A DNA stretch of 64,000 nt from Piromyces finnis finn. Taxonomy: Eukaryota > Fungi > Neocallimastigomycota. Below, one piece after another: positions 21,043-33,112 of the stretch. The notes under the pieces are model-generated. The model worked only from the letters and a program-made list of their open reading frames with translations. It did not search any database and was not told the DNA's origin. The position numbers were made by a program, and so were the translations under genes. The stretch lies in NCBI GenBank assembly GCA_002104945.1, contig MCFH01000012.1:682001-746000 (forward strand), written 5' to 3'. Position 1 is the stretch's first letter, and each line of letters starts with the position of its first letter.

Positions 21043-24000
21043 TTATATTTTTTGATCACGTTCCGTTTGATTAGACATATAATTATTCATATTTAATAAT
21101 AAATTTAATGATGGTGATAAATCTTCCATATTTTCTTTATTTGATTTTGAATCATCAATCAAGGTAAACGTGTTATCTTTATTAAGTAAAAAAGTATCAT
21201 TAATATTAAAATCGGTACTACTATTATTATTTTTATTCCTCTCACCATTGCTATTATCATTATTATCATTATTATTAGAAATAGTAGTAGTATCATTAAA
21301 AGGATTTATGGTTGTAGTATTATTGGGTTCATTAAATGGCGATGGTAGTGAAGGAATTGTTGTTGTCTTTAATAAACCGTCAAGATCAATATTTTCTACC
21401 ATTAAGGCATCATTAAATTGATCATTATAATTTAAAGTATTATCCATCAACGAATCTTGATTAGGAAGAAGAAGAAGAGAAGAAAAATCCAAGTTTGGAC
21501 TTTTACTTTTAGTGGTTGAATTTAACAAAGAAATAGTAGATGGTGTTACTTCCATGGATAATTGTGATGGCATGGTTAGAACAGTTTCTTTATTTTTAAG
21601 CCACGACTCTTTACTACTTTCCAAAGAATTATTTTTATCGTCATTAATAAACAAAGGATGAATAGAATATTGGTGATGTTGATGGTGATGATGGTAATGA
21701 TGATCAAAACTTTCTTTGGAACTTTTTTGAAATGTTTTTGAAATTTTGTAATTATCATTTCCTAAATTTCCAATAAGTTTATTAAAAAAATGAGGAGTTT
21801 TCCCATCTTTATTAGTTTGATATTTCTTTTTTACTAATTTTCTTTTATACGAATGTTTAGGTAACCCTATTGTTTCTTTTCTATTTATTTCAGATAAATT
21901 CAAAGTCATCATTGTATTTTCATTTCCTTTAAAATAATTTTCAGAAATACTTATTCGACTATTTTTTTGTGGCATGGGGGTATTATAATTTTCGTATTCC
22001 TTTATCAAGGATTTATAGCAGGCATCTGTTTCATTTATCGATTCATTTAGTAGATGTGAGGGGTATTTTTGTTGTTTATCTTCTTCTTCCCCAGATTTTG
22101 ATTTTTTCTTTTCTTTTCTATTTCTTTTTTTAGTTTTATAGAGATCATCTTTAAAACCTTTGGCATGTGGGTTATAATTCTTTTTTAATTGATTGACCTT
22201 TTCATTTTGATAGTGAGTAACAGCTAAGAATTTGGTTTCATTAAATTTTATGGTCGATACGTATTTTTTATCGGCATCATGACGTATCAGGTAAAGACAC
22301 GGTTCATACATAAAAAATGAGGATAAATAAAAATGATTTTCAGGGAGTCTAGCAATAGAATTGATAACATTAAGCTTTGTGGATTTATGTTTAACAATTA
22401 TTTCTTTATTATCATTACTACTATTATTATTATCATCATTATTACCATTTATAGTATCATTATACTCTTCTAACATGGCTGATTTTTTAGTACTTTGACC
22501 ATTTTCAGAAATACTTTTTATATGGTTGGTTAATTTAATTTTTGAAAAGGATACACCATGCGTCATCCAAAAATGTCCTAATTTTAAAGGTTTATAGATA
22601 ATTTATATAATATATATACTATTAATTTTTTTGTTTGTTTGTTTTTAATTTTTTTTTATTTAATTATTTTACTAATTTAAAAAAAAAATGAAAATCTATC
22701 TATTATATCTTCTATTATTTATTATTACTAAATATATAAAATTTTTTATACCTGATTGTGGTGAATCAGGATGATAATATTCTTTCTTTTGGGTTGGAGG
22801 AGCAAAAAATTTAATACCTCCTGAAATCCATTTTTTATCACGGTATTTATACTTGTAAGGAGAAGCTTGTAAAATATCAATAGCAAAGGAATATTGAACT
22901 TTTGGTTCCAGATTTATAGGTTGAAATTTTAAAATGGGAAATAAACATCGACCAGATTTTGTAATGATCATTTCATTGACAACAGAGTTAAATTTTTTCC
23001 AAAGATCTGCATCTTCAAGGATAAATAAAAAGGAGGAAGTGGTATCATGAATAATTTCCGGATCATTATTCATAGTTAACTTCATTTGACCTAAATTTAT
23101 ATTATTCTTGATGTGAGAAGATAAAATTATTTCATTTTTATTTTTTGAAAGATTTCGACTATTCTTGCCTTTATCATTATTCTTTTTTGTATCATTAGGC
23201 CCGCCGTTTTTATCGACATTTTCTGTATTTTCGACAAGATCATGATTATCCTTTTCATTATTTATTAAAGTATTTTCAAATCCAAAATAAGAAAAGGATC
23301 CTTCCTTTTCACCTAATACTTTATCTGTATAATGATGATGGAGGTTTATTTTTGATTTTGAAATATTTTCAGAAGTAATAGAATCTAAAGATAAATGGGA
23401 AGAAGGTATTTCTTTAAGATCAGAATCACGAACAGGTTTCGCCAATGACATTGCTGATAATGATATTAAAGGATCACTAATGGGTGATAATTTATCCAAA
23501 CATTCCTTTTCAAAGTTATTAAAAGTTAATGTGGATTGAGAACTTGAAGACTTTTTTTTGTGAAATCTAAAATATTAATATTTAAAAAAAAATAAAATAA
23601 AATAAAATAAAATACATATATATATATATTATAGGTATGGAAAAAACAAAATTATAATATTTTAGCAATCCATAATGAATAACAAATAAATTTATTCAAT
23701 TGTTAAAAGATTTGTATGTAAATAAGATATATATATTTTCAATGGTAAATAAATACCTTTTTACTTTTTTCTGTTTTATATTTTTTAATTTTCCTTTTAA
23801 CCATTCTTTATTCATCGAATGATTACCGCCATTTCTATCAATGGATGATTTTTTTTCACCATATTTGTTAATTTTTATAATGGAGGAAATATTATTATCA
23901 TCATCATCATCACTGAGTTTGTTTGACGAACTTTGACTACTATTGAAAGGCATATCATTTTGAAATGGATTAATTAATAATGAAGATGGTACAATTTTTG

Positions 24001-26321
24001 GATTGGATGAATTTGATAAATATGAATCGTTTAACAAAGATTCATTTTTAATTGGATTATCATTAAATAAATTGAATAGATTTAAATTATCGATTTTATT
24101 AGTAGTACTAACACCACCCTCGATATCACAATTATTTTGATGATATAAAGACATTAAATCTTGATCTAAAATAGTTTTAGGTATATTTTTTGCAAATACA
24201 TCCCGAATACCACCATCTTGATCTGGATCAGAGATATTTTCAGATTTTAAATTATAATTTAGAGAATTGTATAGGAAATCTGATTCATCTTCCTCGTCAA
24301 ATACGTTCAAATCATGATTGATAAGATTTGGATTTAGGACTTCAGTAGATGATCTAGGGATAAAATTGTCATCATATAGATTTAATGGTTTATTCAGAAA
24401 AAGATTAGATTTTCGATTAGATCGATCAAAATTTAATGAATTATTTTGGTTCATGAGATTTACAGTTAAATTGGTATTATCTAAAAAGTTAGATGAAGGT
24501 AAATCGTTTATATCTTTAATTCGAATATAGGATTAATATTATAGGAAAATGGTGTTTTAAGAATATCATCAATAATTTTTTTTAACTAAATTTTAAATAT
24601 TACCTTTAAATTTTTTTTCAATTAATTTTTTTTAATAAAAAAAAAGGTGTAAATATGATAATATAAAAATTAGTAACAATAATTTATTAATAAATAGAAA
24701 TAAAATAAAAAAGAGTATGAATAAAGAAAAGTTTTTTTTTTTTTAAATATAAAAATTATTATATTAATATAGTATATAATTAGATTTATAAGGGGAAATA
24801 TATATATAATATATATAATAGTTAATAGATAATTAATATTTAATTACTATTATTACTATTATTTTTCATATAATTTAACATATTTTCATTAACCATAGGA
24901 TTTTGATTTAAAGCTAGATTTGAAATAAAGCATAATTCATCGGGATATTGAGGGAAAAGTTTGACATCACTTAATAGTTTTAAATTATCATTAGGGTTAC
25001 TGCAGCTGCCGCTACTGTTGCTGTTATTGTTGTTATTGTTGTTGGTGTTAGGGCTATTATTATTGTTGTTGCTATTATTAATAATATTATTGATATTCCA
25101 TAATACTGGATGATTAATAATATTTGAATTTGAGCCTAGGACAGCCGCCAATGAATTATTGTTTTTATTATTAAGAAAATATGGATTATTGACAGAAAAA
25201 GAACTATTTATGCTATTATTATTGTTGCTGTTACTGTAAAGGTTTATATCTGACCAAGAAATAGTATTAAAAGGGCTCATAGAAAGAGAACTTGGAATAA
25301 CAAAATTAGAATTCATAATTTTATCATTTAAAGTAATTGGTATGAATTGTAAACCATGATTAATATTATTAATAGTTGAATTTATATTGTTCGATGGGTA
25401 CGTCATTTTTGTTGATGAAAAAACATTATCATTTAAATTTTTATTTTGAAAAGAATTTATACCATCACAAAAATCTAAAGATAATTATCATGAAGTAATA
25501 AAATTATTATTATTACTATTACTATTATTATTATTATTATTATTATTCTCATTCATATTATTATTATTATTACTGGCATAATTGATATTTTTATTAATAG
25601 GATCAAAGGTATTGTTTTGAATAAAATCCTTAATTTTTGCATTTTCAATAAAACTTTTGGAATTATCTTGATATTGACAAAAATCAAATGGAAAATTATC
25701 TATAATATATACAAGTAAAAATAACTCATCAATTAATATTTTTTTCGTAATATCAAAAATAAAAATAAAAAAAAAAAAGAATTTAATTTATTTATTACCA
25801 TCAAAAACTTTATTATCTCCACAATTATCCATTAAATGATTGTCATTATTATTAATTATATTTTTATTGAGAATAGGTTGAGAAGATTGAATAAATGCAT
25901 TTTTTGAATTATCTGGTTTAATATTAGGAATATCATTATTGATCCAATTATTTGAAAAATCATTATTTTTATTAGAATTGAATTTTTCATTACCATTAAA
26001 TAAAGGACTAATGATCTTATCCTGCTCTGAATTATTGCTTTCTTTCATATTTGCTAATTTACCATTTTTATCATCATTATTAGGTTTAAAATCAGTACCT
26101 AATTTTAAACAACCTTTATTAGAAATAAAGCATGAACTTAATATATTAAAATTAGGACAAACTTCTTTTTTATTTTCCAATTTAATATCTGGTATTTCTT
26201 GAATTCCTTTATCATCCTCTGTACTCTCATGAATCTTCAAATCCTCACCTTCTTTTTCGTTTTCCCTTTTAGTATTATCAGAAATGTTATCCGTTATTTT
26301 ATTTTTTGTAGTAGTATCCAT
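21043..26321 (-). CDS. T-box transcription factor; the 5' exons (24.5-26.3 kb) are tentative
   Basis: T-box domain at 22147-23021: LEDADLWKKFNSVVNEMIITKSGRCLFP..YHPDSPQSG/HFWMTHGVSFSKIKLTN..FNETKFLAVTHYQNEKVNQLKKNYNPHAKGFKD, split by a GT-AG intron. The exon at 23696-24454 splices to it. Linkage of the Asn-rich ORFs at 24840-26321 is plausible but was not fully resolved. Confidence 0.85.
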
Positions 26322-26900
26322 TTTTTTTTTTTTTTGTGATATTAACAGAAAAAAAAGTGTATGTAATAATTATTACTCAAATTATTAATAATTAAACATT
26401 AAAACATTTCTTACTCTATAATTTTTAAACCTTTTTTTTTTTTATTATTATTAAAAATTTTTATCAACTAATAATCTATTAATAATAATGTCTACTTTAT
26501 TGCTCTTAAATACCTATGATAATCATTCCTAATATTCAATAGTATTATCCAAAAAAAATAAAAATAATTATCTATAAATACTAAAATATTTTTTAAATAT
26601 AGACTGGTTAAACATAAAGACTTTAAATCTATTTTAATAATTTATATATTGAAAAATTAAAAAAAAAAAAAAATGAAAAAATTTTATAAAACGAATATAA
26701 CTTTTTTCTCTATTTAAAAAAAAAAAAAAAAAGAGTTTATTTTTTCTCACTTTTAAAGCTCTTTTTTTTTTCTTTTTTTATTTTGTAGCTTAGTTAAAAT
26801 TTTAAACTATCTATATAAAACTATAATATAATTTTATTTCAAAATAACTAAAAAAAAAAATACACATTATCTATAATAAAAACTTTTTTTTTTCAACTAG

Positions 26901-26901
<1 letters not shown>

Positions 26902-26988
<87 letters not shown>
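26902..26988. repeat. (ATT)n microsatellite near the left edge of the accessory island
   Basis: Perfect trinucleotide array read directly. Confidence 0.9.
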
Positions 26989-27925
26989 TCTTTATTCATA
27001 TTTCATATTTCATATACTATTATACTATTTTTATTTAACTTTTTAAATTGCATTTATCTTTTATACAATAAAAATAGGTGGCGTTTATTTAACAGAAAAG
27101 TAACTGCGGTATGAACATTATAAATTTTAAATTAACATAGAATTTTATTATTTAAAAAAAGTATAGTTTAAACTTTTTGATATACATATAATATCTAAAT
27201 ATTATTATATATAATAAATAGAACTATTGATATATTGATATATATACATATTTTTTTTTTTTTTAACTTGTTAAAAAACTAACTTTTGAGTAATTGATTT
27301 CCCTAACCTTATAATAATAATAAAAAAAAAAAACATATTAATAAAACTCTAACAATAATTGTAAAATAGAATTATTTATTCTATTGAAAACTGAAATTAA
27401 CTCTATAGGAATTTTAAAAGGAAAAAGTATTTCTTTTAAAATTAATAGAAGCTACTCCAAAAACTATTAAAACTATTTATAATATAAAATAAAAATAGAA
27501 TATTTTTCATTAATATTACAATATGTTGTAATATTTAAAGATTTAAAGAAATATTAAAATATATTAGTTTCGAATATTACTTTAGAAACATATTTCTAAC
27601 GAATACCTAATCATTTAATTATATCTTCTTTCCTATATTACTTATTAATCCCTTATTGTTTATTTTATTTTTTTTGAATATTAAATTTTTGAAAATCTTT
27701 TCATAATTTTTATTTTTATTTTATAATTATCGTATTATTGAAATTTTCTACTTCATTCAGTCTTAGTTTTTAAATACCAAATTATTTTAAGCTTTCTTAT
27801 ATAATACTCTTTTATAAAACCATTTAATTCATTAAAATACAACATATATATATATATTATAGAGTATTTATACTATTTATTTTATTGAACTATAAAAGAA
27901 ATAATATAGCCAACTTAATAATAGA

Positions 27926-29530
27926 TTATTCCCTACAATAAAAAATACTTAAATTATGCTCAAAATCTAAAATAGGTTTATGAATATCTTTTTTATCAAA
28001 TAAAATTAAGAATGGATTTTCTTTCAATAATAACTTAGAGTAGTAATCCAACACAGTTAATACTTTTTTATCTTTTACTTTATATAAAAATATTACCAAT
28101 CTAAATAAATTAATTAATGGAGATAAAATATTATTTTCATATAGTATTGCTATATATTCTATAAGCTTAATATAATGTTTATTAATAATTAATAATTCTA
28201 TTGTTGGTAAATATACGTTTTTAATACGTTGTTTGTATTCACTCTCGAAAAATAATCTTGAAAAAGATATATCTTTTAAACGAATAGGATGCATTTCATC
28301 TATTATATATTTTAAATATTTTTTAAACAAAACTATATTACCATTCAATAATAAGTAATATTGCATTAATTCTAAATGTCCAATGTAATTATTCATCCAA
28401 TAATAACTTAATTTTTGAAATTTTATATTACCATTATCTAAAATATTATTAATAAAATTATAATCTAAAAATCCACATAATAAAAGTTTTTCCTTTTTAC
28501 ATTCTTTAATATAAGTATATTCATAACTCTTGATAGAATCAATAGAATCAATAGTAAAGTCTATTACATTATAAATGGCATTATTCAAAATCTTATTAGT
28601 ATATATTTTATCATAAATGATAGAACAATTTGTAAATACAAAAGCCATATAATTCATATAATTATTATTAAAATAATCATATTTTAACCCGTTTCTACAC
28701 CATAAACAGTTATTTTTATTATTATTATTATAATTTAAAATTGTTCTTTCAAAATCAACTATTTTATATACATGGTCTACAGTATCACAACTAGCAATAC
28801 ATGAAATTGTATTATAATTCAAATAATATTCAACATTAAATATATCACCAAAGACTGAATTCAAATATACATAATCATAATCTACAATCATGTAATAAGG
28901 CATAGTATAACTTGTAGGTACGCAAAATAACTTATTAATTAAATTATTGTAAAAGTTTTCATCGATATTGCTTGATAAAATTATTTTATCTTTTTCCTCT
29001 ATTAAATAATTGAAATATATTTTTTCAATACAGTACATTTTATTATTGAAGTTTTTATGTAAAATATTTTCTTTATGCTTTTTCGATTTACTTGCATAAT
29101 ATAAAGAATAATGAACAATGTAAGAATTAATTATCTCTGCATAATGAGAAAAATAAAAACAAGTATTAGCAAAATAAATATTCCTATTGAATATATCTAG
29201 ATTATTTATTGAATCTATTTCTTCAAAATTTTCAAGGAAGTGGTAAAAATCAAATATCTCCAACATATCAAAATAAATTAAATTTGCTATAATATTCTTT
29301 AAATAATTAATTATATCATTTATTTTATAGAATTCATTACATGTAAGACTTAAATTACATCTCAGGGGATTCTATGAATCTTTACATTTCTCGTCTAAAT
29401 ATTGTAAATGTTGTTGTATTATAGCATTTAACTCTGATTTATTTAAATATTTAAATAAACAAAGAAAATATATATTATGTGAATATTTATAGATAAGATT
29501 GGTAATTTTAAATGGTAAATATAATTTCAT
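27926..29530 (-). pseudogene. Intronless Tyr/Asn/Ile-rich orphan protein with an F-box-like N-terminus (534 codons), disrupted by one in-frame TAG; paralog 1
   Basis: ATG at 29530 gives MKLYLPFKITNLIYKYSHNIYFLCLF. TAG at 29372-29374 (codon 53). The same frame then continues into the 446-aa ORF (29530-29266 = 88 codons). Aligns along its length with the + strand copy. Confidence 0.75.
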
Positions 29531-30853
29531 TATTTTTATATTTTAATATATATAATATTTCTGTTTTACTGTTTTAATTGTTTAATATTAATCAATTTAT
29601 ATATTGGATTATTTCAAATTTTTAAATTATTATAATTTAATTATTATTTCCTATTACATTTATATATTTTAAAATAATAACAAACTACATTATGTTTATT
29701 TAATTAATAATTCGTATAAAACTAGGATGAAAGAAAATTATAAAATATTTATTATTAAATATAATAATAATATAATAAAATATAAATATAATTTTTATAA
29801 ATTTAATTATTTATCATGATATAAAAATAATATGTGACTTGAACATATTATTATATTAGTAATTTTTCCTAATATTAAATTTATATAGTTTTATTATAAT
29901 ATTAATTATTTCTATAATGTACAAGAATGTAATGTAAATGCATGACGAATGTAATATCATGTAATGTAAAAGAATAATGTAAATGAATGATCCATATAGT
30001 TCCAGCCATATAATTGGACAATTAATTATTAAGTAAGCCTCATTAGTATAAATAGACTAGAATAAATATTATTAAAAAGGGCTTCTTGTTTTAGTTAAAT
30101 TTTTAATAGTTAAACAACGACAGGACTGACGTTTTAGTATTTAGACAGAATAGAAATATTGGAACGTAATAAATAAAGTTATTAATAAAACCTATATTAT
30201 TTGAAGTTAAATCCTTTCTATATAAAAATAACCCTTATTATGCTTATTATGATTGTAGTCACGTTATTTCATTCCTATTTTAATTTATTTTATGTAATTA
30301 TTAATAAAAGATTTTTATTAATAGTTAAAGTTTTAATTTAATATTTCATATCAAAAAAGTTAAATTAATTCTTATTATTTATTTTAATTTATTTTAATAA
30401 ATTAAATCAAAAAAAAAAAAAAATATTTAATTATAAAATTTATATTTATACTAGATTAAATTATGTAAAATACATTTTACTTAGTAATATGACTTATGCC
30501 TATAATAAAGTTTAAAAGAATATTTACAATTTGTTAATTATTGAAACTTTACAAGTATAGAATATTACATTTATATATAATTAGTATGACTTATAAATAA
30601 ATATATATAAATTTAATACAAAGTTATTTATAGAAATTATTTTTTTATAAATTATTATTAATGAGTATTAAAATGATTAGCCATTTTCTGTTTTAATATT
30701 TTAATATAAAAAAATAACAAATATATAAAATAATATTTGATTTTTATAATTATAATTTATAATTATATTCTAAATGAAATTATACTTACCATTTGAAATT
30801 TCTAATCATATCTATAAATATTCACATAATATATATTTTCTTTGTTTATTTAA
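29451..30853. repeat. 80-bp inverted repeat (29451-29530 and 30774-30853) formed by the 5' ends of the two paralogs
   Basis: 75/80 identical by manual alignment, with the last 45 nt identical. Similarity starts exactly at the ATG and does not extend upstream. Confidence 0.9.
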
Positions 30854-31481
30854 TAATATAACTGATGATATAGTTAACAAATCTATTAATTATTATTTTT
30901 TAGATAATTTAAAGGAAAAGGGAAAGTCTGATAATTTTAAAAATTATTTAATTAATGGCGTAAAATCATTCTGTGTAAATATTATTAGAAATTTAGTTTA
31001 TTTCGATAAACTTTATCTTTATAAAAATACCAATATTAACATTGAATTTTTAAATTATAATTTATATAGTAGAAAATATACAACATATTCTGTATGTAGA
31101 TATTTAAAATTGAATGAAAAGTATGGAATATCTACATACATATATGAAATTATAAATTCTTATATTTTTTATTATTCAGTAATATATAATAAAGAAATTA
31201 GGAAGCCTTTATTGGTTGATAGATCAGTATTAGAATTATATTATGATAAATATCACATCTTACCTAAATTTGTATATTGTATTCCATGTAATTATCATTT
31301 AATAGAGAATATACAATATGGATATAAATATTATAATATTAATTCATTAAACGAGATTTATTATAATAATAGATTTTTAGGAATAGAAAGTTTTGATATT
31401 CCTTATAAATTAATATGTTTTCAAATAAAGAAATTATTCAACATGTATATAATCTAGTTAACATAGAAAAAATAATAATGA

Positions 31482-31543
<62 letters not shown>

Positions 31544-32152
31544 TCTACTTTATACTTTAGAAATGGTATTGATAATAACTTTTCAGTTAACGTATTATAT
31601 GAAAATTATATTTCAAATATATTTATTTGTATTTCTTTTATATTTGATGAAATATTATTAAATAATGATATATTTAATTATATTAATATCAAAGAATGTT
31701 ATAAATATTATAACAAAGAAATTCTTTTTTTACACGGTTTATCCGATCTGAATAAATATAAAATAAAAAATGGTTTTAACACTATCGATTACTTTTATTA
31801 TAATGATAGTATTTATAAAAGTGAAGATTTTGAAAATACTATTAATTTGGAAATTATTTTTGAACTTATTATTTGTAATTTTGTTGATATTTTGCAATAC
31901 AAACTACTTATTTCACACAAATATGATTTACTTAAATCTTTATTAAAATCTTATTATTTATTTATATTATCTTATGGGTCAAAATATAATAGATTATTAC
32001 TTATCCATAATATTTTTATTCCTACACTAAATTTATTAATTATTAAGAAACATGTTAAAGAATACAACATTTATATTTCTTTATTACAGAAATATAATTT
32101 ATATAATTATATTAAATTATATACATATACTCCTCCTAAAAATATTATTTAA
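30774..32152 (+). pseudogene. Intronless paralog 2 with an F-box-like N-terminus (about 459 codons), split by a 1-nt frameshift
   Basis: The 227-aa and 245-aa ORFs join as ..YKLICF/SNKEIIQHVY if one T is added to the T4 run at 31418-31421. Shared blocks with paralog 1: IIRNLVYFD/IIANLIYFD, EIINSYIFYYS/EIINSYIVHYS, QHVYNLVNIEK/DHVYKIVDFER, LYFRNGI/LWCRNGL, IFIPTLNLLIIKKH/VYLPTIELLIINKH. LPFEISNHIYKY fits the F-box core LPxEIxxxIxxY. Confidence 0.75.
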
Positions 32153-32216
32153 ATTTTATAATTATATAAATTGATTTTTTAAAACAATTTATTTTAGTTA
32201 AACAATTTTATTAAAA

Positions 32217-32297
32217 ATGAAAATAATAATTTATTTCTTATTATTTTTGAAGTTATGCATAGTGTATGCTAGTTATGAAGTAACTGGTCGATTAGAA
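32217..32297 (+). pseudogene. Block S of the scrambled secreted-protein gene: start codon and signal peptide
   Basis: ATG at 32217 gives MKIIIYFLLFLKLCIVYA|SYEVTGRLE: basic n-region, hydrophobic h-region, V-Y-A cleavage site. The frame dies 3 codons after 32297. Confidence 0.65.
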
Positions 32298-33112
32298 TTA
32301 CTTTATTAATTTATTAAATAAATTTAAAGACAAATTAGACATATTAGCATCTAGGTCTACATTAAAACCATTTTCAATATCAAAGTCTACATAATATTGA
32401 TTTCCTTTACGTGTATTAACACCAGACATGATAATAAATTTAATAATTTTATTTATATGATTATATTTATTGCCTGTATCGACATCTTCATCAGTTAAAA
32501 CTTTTACCATATAACCTAATATAGATTTAATTCGAACATGTTCATCTAAACAATCATTAATTTCTAAAAACGGTTTTAAATTTTTTTTGTAATTACTATT
32601 TTCTATTGATTCTTCGTAATGAAAAACAAATGCACTAGTTAAACATTTTATGGCTAAATCTTTATAAAATGTTTCACCTTCAAAATTTGATTCTTTAATG
32701 GTATTAAAATATTCAAACATAGATTTTATATAATCACCATTGTTATAAACACTATCCTTAATATGTTGATGGGCTTTGTCAACTATGCTCTCATTTCGAA
32801 TAAATTATCTAAATCATCTTGAAATGGATCATTAACAGATATTTTATTATTATTTTTATTATCTAGAACTCTAATATATTGTTCTAGTCTTTTTTTTGAT
32901 ACTTTTATTTTTGTAACCCTGTTGTTATCCTTACTTATTTCAGGATCAGGAGAAAGAGTAACATCATTATCAACAATTTCAAATTTTTTATCTAAAATTA
33001 GTTTATCCAATGCAAATTTATTATTTAATCTATTTGATTTATTTTCATAATATTTTGTACATAGAAAACCTAGTAATTCACCAAACACTAATTCATTACT
33101 AAACGTAGCCAT
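32298..33112 (-). pseudogene. Block C (C-terminal about 271 codons) of the scrambled gene, inverted
   Basis: The 109-aa and 140-aa ORFs join as ..DDLDNLFE/NESIVDKAHQHIKDSVY..MFEYF with one A restored at 32794-32796. It ends with TAA at 32298-32300, exactly at the S boundary. Confidence 0.65.

Noticed and set aside
24645-24654. AGGTGTAAAT T-box half-site-like motif inside the T-box gene (autoregulation)
   Set aside because: A single imperfect 10-mer. Similar words occur elsewhere (about 7220, about 56200), so there is no statistical support.
32248-32285. loxP-like words (GAAGTTAT, TGTATGCTA, GAAGT)
   Set aside because: No 13-bp inverted arms, and the sequence is simply the coding strand of the signal peptide (KLCIVYASYEV).
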